64,000 nt of DNA. Origin: a virus. Numbering within the stretch: the stretch's first letter is position 1; each line of letters opens with the position of its first letter. The notes beneath the pieces were generated by a model. The model did not search any database. It had not been told where the DNA came from and saw nothing but the letters and a program-made list of their open reading frames with translations. Shown here in pieces: positions 29,730-39,335 of this stretch. The position numbers and the translations under genes were made by a program. The stretch lies in the IMG/VR virus record IMGVR_UViG_3300002835_006866, positions 31,852 through 95,851 of that record, one strand, 5' to 3'.

Positions 29730-29900
29730 ATGATAAGAATACCTAGACCCAAAAAAGAAATTAGGCAAAATATAAAGCCTGATATTCTACCAAAATCTGG
29801 TGCAGGCCAATGGGGCACCAAAGAATTGGCAGACACTTATAGAAAAGATACACCTGGACAAAGTATAACTAAATTCAAAGACTACAAGACAACTAAGTAA
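29730..29900 (+). CDS. small hypothetical protein
   Basis: GAGQWGT...YRKDTPGQ. Confidence 0.55.
   Translation: MIRIPRPKKEIRQNIKPDILPKSGAGQWGTKELADTYRKDTPGQSITKFKDYKTTK
29892..29899 (+). promoter_or_regulatory. late promoter variant
   Basis: ACTAAGTA before the glycan locus. Confidence 0.45.
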
Positions 29901-29917
29901 TATAATGGAGATTTGTT

Positions 29918-30751
29918 ATGAAAGATTTGATTATTGGTGCCAGTACCAATTACGATTGGCCTAAACTAAAATACTGGATAAACTCCATCAACCAATCTGG
30001 TTTTGATGGCGATAAAGTTCTTATTCTGATGAACTGTGATGCTGACACAGTGAAAAAGGTCAGCGAAGCAGGATTTAAAATCATCGGTTTCAATCAAGAC
30101 AACGAAGGCAATCTTCGTTACGAATCAAAAATTCCTGTTCATGTTGAAAGATTTGGCCACATTTATGAGTATCTAAGAAATAATGACTATCGTTATGTGA
30201 TAACAACGGATGTTAAAGATGTTATCTTTCAACAAAATCCAATTGATTGGTTAGAAGCCAATCTCATTTCAAAACATTTAGTTTTTTCATCTGAAAGTAT
30301 GCTTTACAAGGATGAACCATGGGGTAATCAGAATCTATATGAGACATACGGTGATTATATACACAGTATTTTTAAGCATAATGAAATTTTTAATGTTGGC
30401 GTTCTTGCTGGTCACGGCTTTGCGATACGTGATTTAGCAATAAACATTTTCTCTACTGCCATAAACAGACCTATACCAATTTGTGACCAATCTACATTTA
30501 ACTTTTTAATCTCAATGCATCCATATAAAACGACCAGTCAATATTGTAGGTCAGAAGATGGTTGGGCATGCCAATTAGGTACAACAGTAGATCCATCAAA
30601 AGTAGAAAGTTTTAGGCCTTTCTTGTTGGAAGAATCGCCTATATTAAAGGATGACATTGTAACTACATCAAAAGGAAATCCTTACTACATTGTTCACCAG
30701 TACGATAGGGTTCCAGAATGGCGTAAAATTATTGAGGCGAAATATGGCTAA
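29918..30751 (+). CDS. glycosyltransferase-like protein
   Basis: TTDVKDVIFQQNP, NVGVLAG, DQSTFN, VHQYDR. Confidence 0.7.
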   Translation: MKDLIIGASTNYDWPKLKYWINSINQSGFDGDKVLILMNCDADTVKKVSEAGFKIIGFNQDNEGNLRYESKIPVHVERFGHIYEYLRNNDYRYVITTDVKDVIFQQNPIDWLEANLISKHLVFSSESMLYKDEPWGNQNLYETYGDYIHSIFKHNEIFNVGVLAGHGFAIRDLAINIFSTAINRPIPICDQSTFNFLISMHPYKTTSQYCRSEDGWACQLGTTVDPSKVESFRPFLLEESPILKDDIVTTSKGNPYYIVHQYDRVPEWRKIIEAKYG

Positions 30752-31454
30752 TGCACTTGTTATATCAGGACATCTAAGAACTTTCAGAAACATCTGTGAA
30801 GAATTGAAACATTTCATTTCTTTAAATGAACTCGATGTTTATATGTACGTTTGGGATGAAGGCAATCAAGAAGATATTGATTATGCGGTAAAATATTTAA
30901 ATCCAGTAAAATGGGCTGCAGAAAGAAATGAAATCTATGCACAGGAATTTTTAGATGCGGAATCTAGAATCTCTGAAAAAAATCCAAAAGATTTAATTAC
31001 TCCAGATAGGAATCATGTTACTCTATCAATGCATTTTGCTCGCAGAAAAGCATTTGAGTTGATCGATAAAGAATATGATAATGTAGTTTTTACCAGATTT
31101 GATACGCATTTGTATCCTTTTAAAGTGAGAAATATGGTAGAAACTTATCCTGATGTTGTGGTCACACCTACAAATGAACAGTACGGAATGGTTTCGGATA
31201 TTTTTGCCATTATTCCTTGGAAATATGCCAATAACTACTTCTTTTATCCGAGAGCAGAAAAGATACTTTCTACAAGATTCAGTAAAAAGTATAAAGAATG
31301 GCTCTCAGTAAAGTTTTGGTGGGAAAATGGTCAAAGAGATATAAAACTACATGATGAGAATCGATATTGTCCTCATATGCTGTGTATGAGAAATTACTTT
31401 GAAACAGATACGCCATACATAGTTGTAGATTTACCAGTCATGATTAAAAGGTGA
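30744..31454 (+). CDS. glycosyltransferase-like hypothetical protein
   Basis: ALVISGHLRTF, YDNVVFTRFD, SDIFA. Confidence 0.55.
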   Translation: MANALVISGHLRTFRNICEELKHFISLNELDVYMYVWDEGNQEDIDYAVKYLNPVKWAAERNEIYAQEFLDAESRISEKNPKDLITPDRNHVTLSMHFARRKAFELIDKEYDNVVFTRFDTHLYPFKVRNMVETYPDVVVTPTNEQYGMVSDIFAIIPWKYANNYFFYPRAEKILSTRFSKKYKEWLSVKFWWENGQRDIKLHDENRYCPHMLCMRNYFETDTPYIVVDLPVMIKR

Positions 31455-31457
31455 AAA

Positions 31458-32159
31458 ATGAAAATTGCATTATGTCTATCTGGGCAAGCCAGATGCTTTG
31501 ACAAAGTATATGAATACGTAAAGAAAAACCTTTTAGATAAACACGATATCACTGTTTTTTGCCACGTATGGGATTTCTCTGGTGTTGAAAAGTTAAAAGA
31601 ACTTTACAAGCCACAAAACATAATTGTGGAACCACCTATTACGCCAGACTTATCAAAGTACACTAGAGTTCCACCACCACAACCAAACTGGAAAGTTAAA
31701 GATCCAGCTCTTTCAACTTATGCTCAATTTTATTCGCTGAATATGGCAAATAAATTGAAGATGCAATATGAGAAAGAAAATAAAATGGTGTTTGATTGGG
31801 TCATTCGTTCGAGATATGACTTTACTTTGAATGTAGAAATTCTTTTTGAAGAATTAGACAATCAAAAACTTTACATACCGAATTGTAGAAGAACACCAGG
31901 TCGAGATTTTGGAAATGACCAGTTTGCTTTTTCTTCTTCAAGAAACATGGACAAATACTGTAATGTTTTTAACCGCATCGATGAGTTTTATGATTTAGGT
32001 ACAACGATGATCGGTGAAGAGATGATGAGCATGAATTGGAAAACAACTGGCCTTGTTGGTGAGAACTTAGTTTATTGTGATATGAATCATCCTTTTCCAC
32101 CAGGTCCACACAATGGAACTTGGCACTCACTAATGAGAGATGATTTTGAAAAGTGGTAA
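31458..32159 (+). CDS. glycosyltransferase-like hypothetical protein (paralogue of previous)
   Basis: KIALCLSGQAR, FDWVIRSRYD, NDQFAF. Confidence 0.6.
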   Translation: MKIALCLSGQARCFDKVYEYVKKNLLDKHDITVFCHVWDFSGVEKLKELYKPQNIIVEPPITPDLSKYTRVPPPQPNWKVKDPALSTYAQFYSLNMANKLKMQYEKENKMVFDWVIRSRYDFTLNVEILFEELDNQKLYIPNCRRTPGRDFGNDQFAFSSSRNMDKYCNVFNRIDEFYDLGTTMIGEEMMSMNWKTTGLVGENLVYCDMNHPFPPGPHNGTWHSLMRDDFEKW

Positions 32160-32896
32160 AATTAGTCAAAGAATTAAAGGGATACTCAGAGTCTAGTGTT
32201 CACTTGATGTACGATGAAAAGTTTTTTGTCAGAAAAACGGGAGATATTCATCGTAATATAGAAAGATATGATTCATTAACAAACATAGGTTTGTCTCTAC
32301 CAAAAATCTACAATGTTTTTGGTAGTTATTATGATATGGAATACATCTCTTGTTTGGAGATGAAAAAATATCTGTCTATAAATCCAACAACGAACATAGT
32401 AAACTTTTTAAAAGAAACGATAGACAAACTCAAAGAAAAATCAATAGAGAAAGATTACACCGAAACATACGAAAAAAAACTTTCGTCTTTTGATTTTTCG
32501 AAATATGATTTGCCATTTACCTGTGAACAGTTAATCGATAAACTACCTAAAACTTTACCTTGGACTGAATACCATGGTGATCTTACATTGGAAAATGTAC
32601 TATACGACACCAATAATTCAAGGTTTGTTTTGATTGACCCCTTGACAACCGAGTACGATTCGTATATATTTGACTTAGCGAAAATAAGACAAGACTTGGT
32701 ATGTAAGTGGTTCATTCGAAATGATTCGGTATTCTTAGATTCTAAGTTACAATCGATCTATGATAATCTAAAATCATATGAGTATTTTGAAAATAATTAC
32801 CTATTAATACTAATGTTGATGAGAGTATTGCCTTATACTAAAAACGAAAAAGATAAAGATTACTTGATGAACGGGGTGAAAAAGTTATGGAAATAA
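32153..32896 (+). CDS. APH/choline-kinase-like phosphotransferase
   Basis: HGDLTLEN, LIDP, DLAKIRQD. Confidence 0.75.
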   Translation: MVKLVKELKGYSESSVHLMYDEKFFVRKTGDIHRNIERYDSLTNIGLSLPKIYNVFGSYYDMEYISCLEMKKYLSINPTTNIVNFLKETIDKLKEKSIEKDYTETYEKKLSSFDFSKYDLPFTCEQLIDKLPKTLPWTEYHGDLTLENVLYDTNNSRFVLIDPLTTEYDSYIFDLAKIRQDLVCKWFIRNDSVFLDSKLQSIYDNLKSYEYFENNYLLILMLMRVLPYTKNEKDKDYLMNGVKKLWK

Positions 32897-33897
32897 TTAT
32901 GCCATGTGCAGGACTATCTACAAGATTTCCTAATCTGAGGCCAAAATATCTTCTTACAGATTACAATAGAAGATTGATGATTGAGAGTGCAGCAAAAAAC
33001 TTTATTGGAAAATATCCTGTTACAATCATCATTCTAAGAGAGCATGATGAGAAGTTTAGTGCTGTGCAAAAGTTAAGAGAAGCTTTTGGTGATGAAGTAC
33101 GAATAGCCGTTTTGGAAAAACCAACTTCTGGCCCAGCAGACACAGCTTATCAAGCATTGAAGGTCATGGGAATAAATGATTCAATTCTTATAAAAGATTG
33201 TGATGGGTTTTATGATTCCGACCTTGTAGAAGGTAATGCCGTCTATGTGTCAAAACTATCTAAAAATCCAGATATTCGTAATGCGCCTGCCAAAAGTTAC
33301 ACCATCACAAATGAACAAGGTTTAATCACAACTGTCGTGGAGAAACAAATCGTAAGTGATAGTTTTTGTGTTGGTGGTTATCAATTCGAAAGTGCTGACG
33401 AATATATCAAGGCATTTGAAGAGTTACAGAAAAAAGATTCTGAGATTTTTGTTTCAAATATCATTGACTACATGATTTCTAATGGCAAAGTTTTTGTCGA
33501 AAAAGATGTTGAGAATTTTGTCGATGTTGGTACCGCAGAAGATTGGTTTAAGTTCAATGATAAACCAACATACTTTTGTGATATAGATGGTACATTAGTT
33601 TTAAGTAAGACGTTTCATGATGAACCTTATGAGCCTCTGATGAATAATGTGAAGGCTCTACTGAAAGAACAAGAACGTGGTTGTATGTTTGTTTTCTGCA
33701 CCGCTAGAAATAACAAATATGAAGCATATACGAGACAAACATTAGATGAACTTGGATTTAAGAATTACGTTTTGGTCATGGAAACTAACCATGCACGCCG
33801 AGTGTTAATCAATGACTTTGCAAGCTCAAATCCATATCCTTCTGCTGTTGCAATTAACCTTCGTAGAGATGAAGATAATCTAGAGGAAATGTTATGA
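32887..33897 (+). CDS. sugar nucleotidyltransferase fused to a HAD phosphatase
   Basis: IMPCAGLSTRF...PKYLL; DVGT; C-terminal DIDGTL and CTAR. Confidence 0.8.
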   Translation: MEIIMPCAGLSTRFPNLRPKYLLTDYNRRLMIESAAKNFIGKYPVTIIILREHDEKFSAVQKLREAFGDEVRIAVLEKPTSGPADTAYQALKVMGINDSILIKDCDGFYDSDLVEGNAVYVSKLSKNPDIRNAPAKSYTITNEQGLITTVVEKQIVSDSFCVGGYQFESADEYIKAFEELQKKDSEIFVSNIIDYMISNGKVFVEKDVENFVDVGTAEDWFKFNDKPTYFCDIDGTLVLSKTFHDEPYEPLMNNVKALLKEQERGCMFVFCTARNNKYEAYTRQTLDELGFKNYVLVMETNHARRVLINDFASSNPYPSAVAINLRRDEDNLEEML

Positions 33898-34916
33898 ACA
33901 TTATGATTACTGGTGGTGCCGGTGGTATAGGTTCTACTTTAGCTTTAATGTTGAAGAAAAAAGGTTACGATATTATTGTTGTCGATAATTTCAACAATGG
34001 CTATCCAGAAAATCTAAAACAAAATGGTGAATATTTTTGTGAAGTTTTAAACTTAGACATTCGAGAAACAAATCGACTAAAAGAAGCATTAGATTTTTAT
34101 AAGACTGATGCTATTGTACATTTAGCTGCCATAACATCTTTACCTCAATGTGAATCGGATCCGGTTGAATGTATAGATGTAAATGTTGCTGGTACTGCTT
34201 CAGTTTTAAATGCTGCAAGACTCTCAAAAGGCCAAAGAGTTATTGCAGCGAGCACTTCAGCAATATATGAATGTAATGAAAAATCTGAAGCACCCTTTAC
34301 AGAGAACTTAAAAGTAAATCCTAGACTGTTTTATCCCTTATCTAAGAAATTGATGGAAGAAGTAATAAAGTCCTTCATTGATAACTATGGTATGGATATC
34401 GTTACTCTCAGATTCTTTAATGTGTTTGGCCCAAGGCAAGACATTCATAGATCATCACCACCTCTAATAAATTATATTGTTAGGGAATACTATAATAAAA
34501 GACCAATGACATTTTACTCCAATGGCCTGCAACAAAGAGACTATGTTCATGTTGATGATGTTGTTGACCTGATAGAGAGATGTTTAGATAAAAACAACGA
34601 TAGACTGCCCGGTGCAGTGATGAATGTTTGCACCAAAACTTTAACATCCGTTCGAGATGTTATTCAGTGTGCTGAAAAGGCTTTTGAAACGAAGTTAGAT
34701 TATAGATTTGAAAAACCTAAAAAGTTTTGGAGTGGATATCCTGAACTGTATCAAGGAGTGCCTTTATCAGAAAAGACCATTGAACGGGAGGTAAATAAAT
34801 TTGCTCTGGGTTCTTTCTGTAACGCCTTTTTGATAACGGGATGGAGACCTAATCAAAACATTGAAAAGTTAATGATTGAAACTATGAGACAAAATTATGA
34901 GCTTATTGCCAAATAA
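33894..34916 (+). CDS. NAD-dependent epimerase/dehydratase
   Basis: TGGAGGIGS, HLAA, YPLSK, RFFNVFGP, RDYVHVDD. Confidence 0.92.
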   Translation: MNIMITGGAGGIGSTLALMLKKKGYDIIVVDNFNNGYPENLKQNGEYFCEVLNLDIRETNRLKEALDFYKTDAIVHLAAITSLPQCESDPVECIDVNVAGTASVLNAARLSKGQRVIAASTSAIYECNEKSEAPFTENLKVNPRLFYPLSKKLMEEVIKSFIDNYGMDIVTLRFFNVFGPRQDIHRSSPPLINYIVREYYNKRPMTFYSNGLQQRDYVHVDDVVDLIERCLDKNNDRLPGAVMNVCTKTLTSVRDVIQCAEKAFETKLDYRFEKPKKFWSGYPELYQGVPLSEKTIEREVNKFALGSFCNAFLITGWRPNQNIEKLMIETMRQNYELIAK

Positions 34917-35616
34917 AAATTTAATACTACTTACCTCCGCATTGGTTCCAAACAATCAAGGCGCTGTTTCGCCAGAAGAAAGATTCAAACAAACCCTTGA
35001 GTCTATAAAATCTTTACGTAAACATTTCCCAAATGATTACATATTTTTTACAGATGGATCTTCGAATCAAATACCACAAGAATGGTTACAACAACTCCAT
35101 GATTTAAAAACTCTAGATGTTATAGCCGTTTGGAATTTTGATTCTGATATTCAGGCCTTATCTTCAGCTGGCAGAAAGAGTGAGACAGAGATAGTTCTTT
35201 TACTTAAATCGATTTCATCTTTATTACAAAATCCAGATTTGCAAAAGATGATGTATTCTGTAAAAAGAATTTATAAGTTTTCAGCCAGAACTTTTTTGAA
35301 TGATGATTTCGATCCGAAGGAACATGACCACTATGGTAAATACGTTTTTAAGAAAAAAATTGGTTCATGGATGATACCCACAAAACAAGCAGTCACAACA
35401 GACCATTTGTTTATTACAAGAATGTATTCGATGTGTCCATCTTTAATTCCAGATTACTGTCAGACACTTATAAAATGCTTTGAAACGGTGAACAAACATG
35501 GAATTGACACCGAGCATGCTCATCATCAACATATAGATAAGAAGTATCTTTTAGAATTAGAAAAACTACACTGTGAAGGCATTGTGGCCGGATCTGGTGC
35601 AACAGAAACTTACTGA
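34897..35616 (+). CDS. hypothetical protein (glycosyltransferase-like)
   Basis: Context; ERFKQTLESI, YKFSAR, DTEH. Confidence 0.5.
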   Translation: MSLLPNKNLILLTSALVPNNQGAVSPEERFKQTLESIKSLRKHFPNDYIFFTDGSSNQIPQEWLQQLHDLKTLDVIAVWNFDSDIQALSSAGRKSETEIVLLLKSISSLLQNPDLQKMMYSVKRIYKFSARTFLNDDFDPKEHDHYGKYVFKKKIGSWMIPTKQAVTTDHLFITRMYSMCPSLIPDYCQTLIKCFETVNKHGIDTEHAHHQHIDKKYLLELEKLHCEGIVAGSGATETY

Positions 35617-35623
35617 GGTGAAA

Positions 35624-36307
35624 ATGGATCTATGGAATTATTTTGAAAATAACACTGGTAAAAAAATTACCAAGTGGACACATTACTTTTGGGTTTATGA
35701 GAAACACTTTTCTTCTTTGAGGGATAAACCAATTAAATTACTTGAAATTGGTATTTTAAATGGTGGATCTCTACAGATGTGGAAAGAATACTTTCATCCA
35801 GATAGTTTGATCGTTGGCATTGATTTAAATCCAAGTTGTAAAAATCACGAAGATGTTGAGAACAATGTTCATGTCAGAATTGGTAATCAAGCCGATGAGA
35901 ATTTCTTACAAACTTTAGTGGATGAATTTGGAGAATTTGATTTAGTCATTGACGATGGCAGCCATCACGTTGACCATGTGAACAGAACATTCCAATTCTT
36001 GTTTCCAAAAATCTCAGAAAATGGAACATACTTCATTGAAGATACTCATGCAGCATATTGGGGTTCTCATGGTGGTGATAAAAATCATCCACAATCAATC
36101 AACAATATTTCAAAAGAAATGGTCGATAAGATAAATGCGGATCATTGTCCGGCTCAAGTAGAACCTGACTGGTTTACACGAAATCTAAAGTGTATGACTG
36201 TCTATGATAGTATTGTGGTTTTTGATCGAGGCAATGTGGGAGTCAAGAAACCAATGGAAATTGGTGGGCAAAAATCAGAAGGAGTATTGATTATCAAGAC
36301 CAGTTAA
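35624..36307 (+). CDS. class I SAM-dependent methyltransferase (sugar O-methyltransferase-like)
   Basis: LLEIGILNGGSL, FDLVIDDGSH, YFIED. Confidence 0.85.
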   Translation: MDLWNYFENNTGKKITKWTHYFWVYEKHFSSLRDKPIKLLEIGILNGGSLQMWKEYFHPDSLIVGIDLNPSCKNHEDVENNVHVRIGNQADENFLQTLVDEFGEFDLVIDDGSHHVDHVNRTFQFLFPKISENGTYFIEDTHAAYWGSHGGDKNHPQSINNISKEMVDKINADHCPAQVEPDWFTRNLKCMTVYDSIVVFDRGNVGVKKPMEIGGQKSEGVLIIKTS

Positions 36308-36309
36308 AT

Positions 36310-36317
36310 ACTAAATA
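36310..36317 (+). promoter_or_regulatory. late promoter
   Basis: ACTAAATA in the intergenic gap. Confidence 0.6.
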
Positions 36318-36348
36318 CCTCATTATAAACTGCTGCAGAGGCGGAAAA

Positions 36349-38943
36349 ATGAGGTTTACAGAATTTCTTACTGAGAAAGCGGAAAATCATGCGGTCATGG
36401 CTTTTGGCCGTATGAACCCACCAACGACTGGACATGAGGTTCTAGTCAATAAAGTAAAAGATGTAGCTAAAAGCGTAGGTGGTTCTCACCACGTTATCTT
36501 ATCCCATAGCCAAGACACCGAGAAAAATCCTCTGTCCTCGGAACAGAAGGTCAAACACGCCAAAAGATTTTTCCCTGGCACCAATATTTCAACCGCAAGT
36601 AAAGAGAAACCGACTTTCTTGCATCATGCCTCAGAACTGTACAAAAAAGGTGTTACACACCTACACATGGTCGCTGGTTCTGATAGAGTTGAAGAATATA
36701 AAAAGACCCTCCACAAATACAACGGTGTAAAGGATGCTCATGGCCATTTCAATTTCAAACACATAGAAGTTCATTCAGCAGGCGAACGTGATCCTGATGC
36801 CGAAGGCACCACAGGAATGTCTGCATCTAAAATGAGAGGACATGCAACTTCTGGTAATTTTAAAGAATTCAAAAAAGGCATTCCAAAACATGTTGCTGAC
36901 CATCATGCTAAAGAACTATACAACGATGTTCGTAAGGGTATGAGTATAAAAGAATTTATAGAAATTAATGAAAGTTTCGTTGAATTATTAAACGAAGGTG
37001 TTCATGATGAATCCATTTTTAAGGCAGTTTTTTTAGCCGGTGGACCAGGTTCAGGTAAAGACTATGTTCTCAGTAATACTTTAGATGGCCATGGTCTAAC
37101 AGAAATTAATTCGGATAAAGCTCTTGAATATTTGATGGACAAAGAGGGTCTGGATAAAATGATGCCAGCCTCCGAAACAGAGAAGAGAGATTTAGTTCGT
37201 GGTCGTGCAAAAAATATTACTGAACTCCGTCAAAGACTAGCACTTCTAGGTAGAAACGGTCTTATCATCAACGGCACAGGTGATGACGTAGAGAAAACAA
37301 AAAAAATTAAAGATGAGTTGGAAAAACTTGGTTATGATACTTCTATGTTATTAGTAAACACAAGAGATGAGATATCTGCAGCAAGAAATATTGAACGTGG
37401 CCAAAGAGGTGGTAGAACTGTACCAGAAACCATACGTAAAGAAAAATGGGACAATGTTCAAAATGCTCGCACAGAATATGCTAAGACGTTTGGTAATAAC
37501 TACATGGAGTTTGATAACTCTGAAGATTTAAGAAGTGCTGATCCAGAAATTGTCAGAGAAAAGAAACAAGAATTACTTCAACTGTTTAAACAGGTAAAAG
37601 AATTTACTGCGGCACCACCACAATCACCAGAAGCACAATTCTGGGTTGCAAATGAGATGGACAAAAAAGACACTTTAGAAATACCAAAGGATGGTGCTGA
37701 AAAAGTTCCACACTCAGATGCCGGTGCAGCAGAAGAAGCGAGAAAACTAGGATTGCAATACTATGGATTTGGTCGATATGGTAAAGATGGTGAAGTAACT
37801 CATCGATCAGTACATGGATCTTTAGTCATGGTCACAAAACAAGAACCTAAGCAACCAAAACTTCCAACTCCAGGTTCATCACCAATCTCTGAAGATTTGC
37901 GTAATTGGTTTGATCCGAAACATCCAAAAGGTGGTTGGAAACGTATCAATAGCAAAGGTGAAGCAATTGGTCCGTGTGCTAGAGAACCCGGTGAAGCAAA
38001 ACCAAAGTGTATGTCAAACGAGAAAAGAGCTAAATTAAGTAAGAAAGAAAGAGCGTCGGCTGTTGCTGCTAAGCGCCGCCATGATCCTGTTGCAGATAGA
38101 TCGGGTAAAGGTGGTAAACCTGTAAATGTTTCCAATTTTGGAAAAGGTAAATTGTCTGAATCAATTACTGTTTCCATAACAGGAGATACTGTAGAAGAAG
38201 TCAAAGATTTTTTCAATAACTTTAATTCACCAGTAGAGACAACGGAACAATACGCTCTTTCAGATTCTAGAAACGATCTAATAACTCTTGGTAAATCTAT
38301 GCAGCCATTTGGTGAAAAAATGGAAAATACCACAATTACAAATGACATGATTACAAATATTCAAGAAGAAAAGAAACATAATTTGTTAAAGGATAAAAAC
38401 GGAACTGTTAGAGTTTTTATGTTAAGGGCAGCAGCTGCAAAAGAAGCTCACACAAAACAAGGGACAGTTCTAAAACACAAAAACGGTTATGTTGTTAAAC
38501 TAAAAGAGGAAAAGGAAAATGTTGAAGCTTCTAAAAGAACTATTGGGGATTGGATCGAAGAGTCCAGAAAAACATGGACTGGAAGGAGCGACCCGAGCAC
38601 CGAACGAGGACTTCTCTCAGAGAGTGGAACAATACTCGCCACCGAAAGTGGAGAAACCAGTTCAGGAGATTCAAGAAGAAAAATCTCCATCTCCGAAATC
38701 AGGTCGAAGCAGAAAGAAAAAATAGTTGAATCAATTGATAAGAACATTGAACCAGGTCTTTCTATGGCAACATCGGGTGAAAATTTAGGAAGATCGGCTA
38801 CAAAAGTAAAATCACTAAAGAAGCCTTTAGAAGAATTAACTGGTGACGAAACAACCTATAGTATTGGCGCCCAAAAAGAAGATGAATTAAAGAAAAAAGG
38901 CATTGATTTAAAAACATTTAAATCTAAAAAGTTTATAGGATAA
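36349..38943 (+). CDS. multidomain protein: cytidylyltransferase/NMNAT-like domain, P-loop kinase and small basic domains
   Basis: MRFTEFLTE; FGRMNPPTTGH, AGSDR, MSASKMR; FLAGGPGSGK. Confidence 0.75.
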   Translation: MRFTEFLTEKAENHAVMAFGRMNPPTTGHEVLVNKVKDVAKSVGGSHHVILSHSQDTEKNPLSSEQKVKHAKRFFPGTNISTASKEKPTFLHHASELYKKGVTHLHMVAGSDRVEEYKKTLHKYNGVKDAHGHFNFKHIEVHSAGERDPDAEGTTGMSASKMRGHATSGNFKEFKKGIPKHVADHHAKELYNDVRKGMSIKEFIEINESFVELLNEGVHDESIFKAVFLAGGPGSGKDYVLSNTLDGHGLTEINSDKALEYLMDKEGLDKMMPASETEKRDLVRGRAKNITELRQRLALLGRNGLIINGTGDDVEKTKKIKDELEKLGYDTSMLLVNTRDEISAARNIERGQRGGRTVPETIRKEKWDNVQNARTEYAKTFGNNYMEFDNSEDLRSADPEIVREKKQELLQLFKQVKEFTAAPPQSPEAQFWVANEMDKKDTLEIPKDGAEKVPHSDAGAAEEARKLGLQYYGFGRYGKDGEVTHRSVHGSLVMVTKQEPKQPKLPTPGSSPISEDLRNWFDPKHPKGGWKRINSKGEAIGPCAREPGEAKPKCMSNEKRAKLSKKERASAVAAKRRHDPVADRSGKGGKPVNVSNFGKGKLSESITVSITGDTVEEVKDFFNNFNSPVETTEQYALSDSRNDLITLGKSMQPFGEKMENTTITNDMITNIQEEKKHNLLKDKNGTVRVFMLRAAAAKEAHTKQGTVLKHKNGYVVKLKEEKENVEASKRTIGDWIEESRKTWTGRSDPSTERGLLSESGTILATESGETSSGDSRRKISISEIRSKQKEKIVESIDKNIEPGLSMATSGENLGRSATKVKSLKKPLEELTGDETTYSIGAQKEDELKKKGIDLKTFKSKKFIG

Positions 38944-38945
38944 AA

Positions 38946-39335
38946 ATGAAAACATTTAAACAACATTTAGATGAGAGATGCTGGCCAGGATACAAAGAAA
39001 CGCCAGGTAAAAAAGCATATTCAAAAGGCTCTTGTGTAAAAGAAGAAGTTGAACTTGATGAAGTTGCAGCGTGGCAACGTAAAGAAGGTAAATCTGAATC
39101 GGGTGGATTGAATCGTAAAGGTATTGAATCATATCGCCGTGAAAATCCTGGTTCAAAGTTATCAATGGCTGTTACAACAAAGCCATCAAAGTTGAAGCCT
39201 GGTTCTAAAGCAGCAAATCGTCGTAAGTCATTTTGTGCCAGAATGGGTGGCATGAAACGCAGACTCACATCAGCAAAGACGGCACGTGATCCAGATTCAC
39301 GTATTAATAAAGCATTGAGAAAGTGGAACTGCTAA
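38946..39335 (+). CDS. basic head-internal-type protein (DUF6321-like)
   Basis: MKTFKQHLDE, CWPGY, RRKSFCARM, RINKALRKWNC. Confidence 0.65.
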   Translation: MKTFKQHLDERCWPGYKETPGKKAYSKGSCVKEEVELDEVAAWQRKEGKSESGGLNRKGIESYRRENPGSKLSMAVTTKPSKLKPGSKAANRRKSFCARMGGMKRRLTSAKTARDPDSRINKALRKWNC

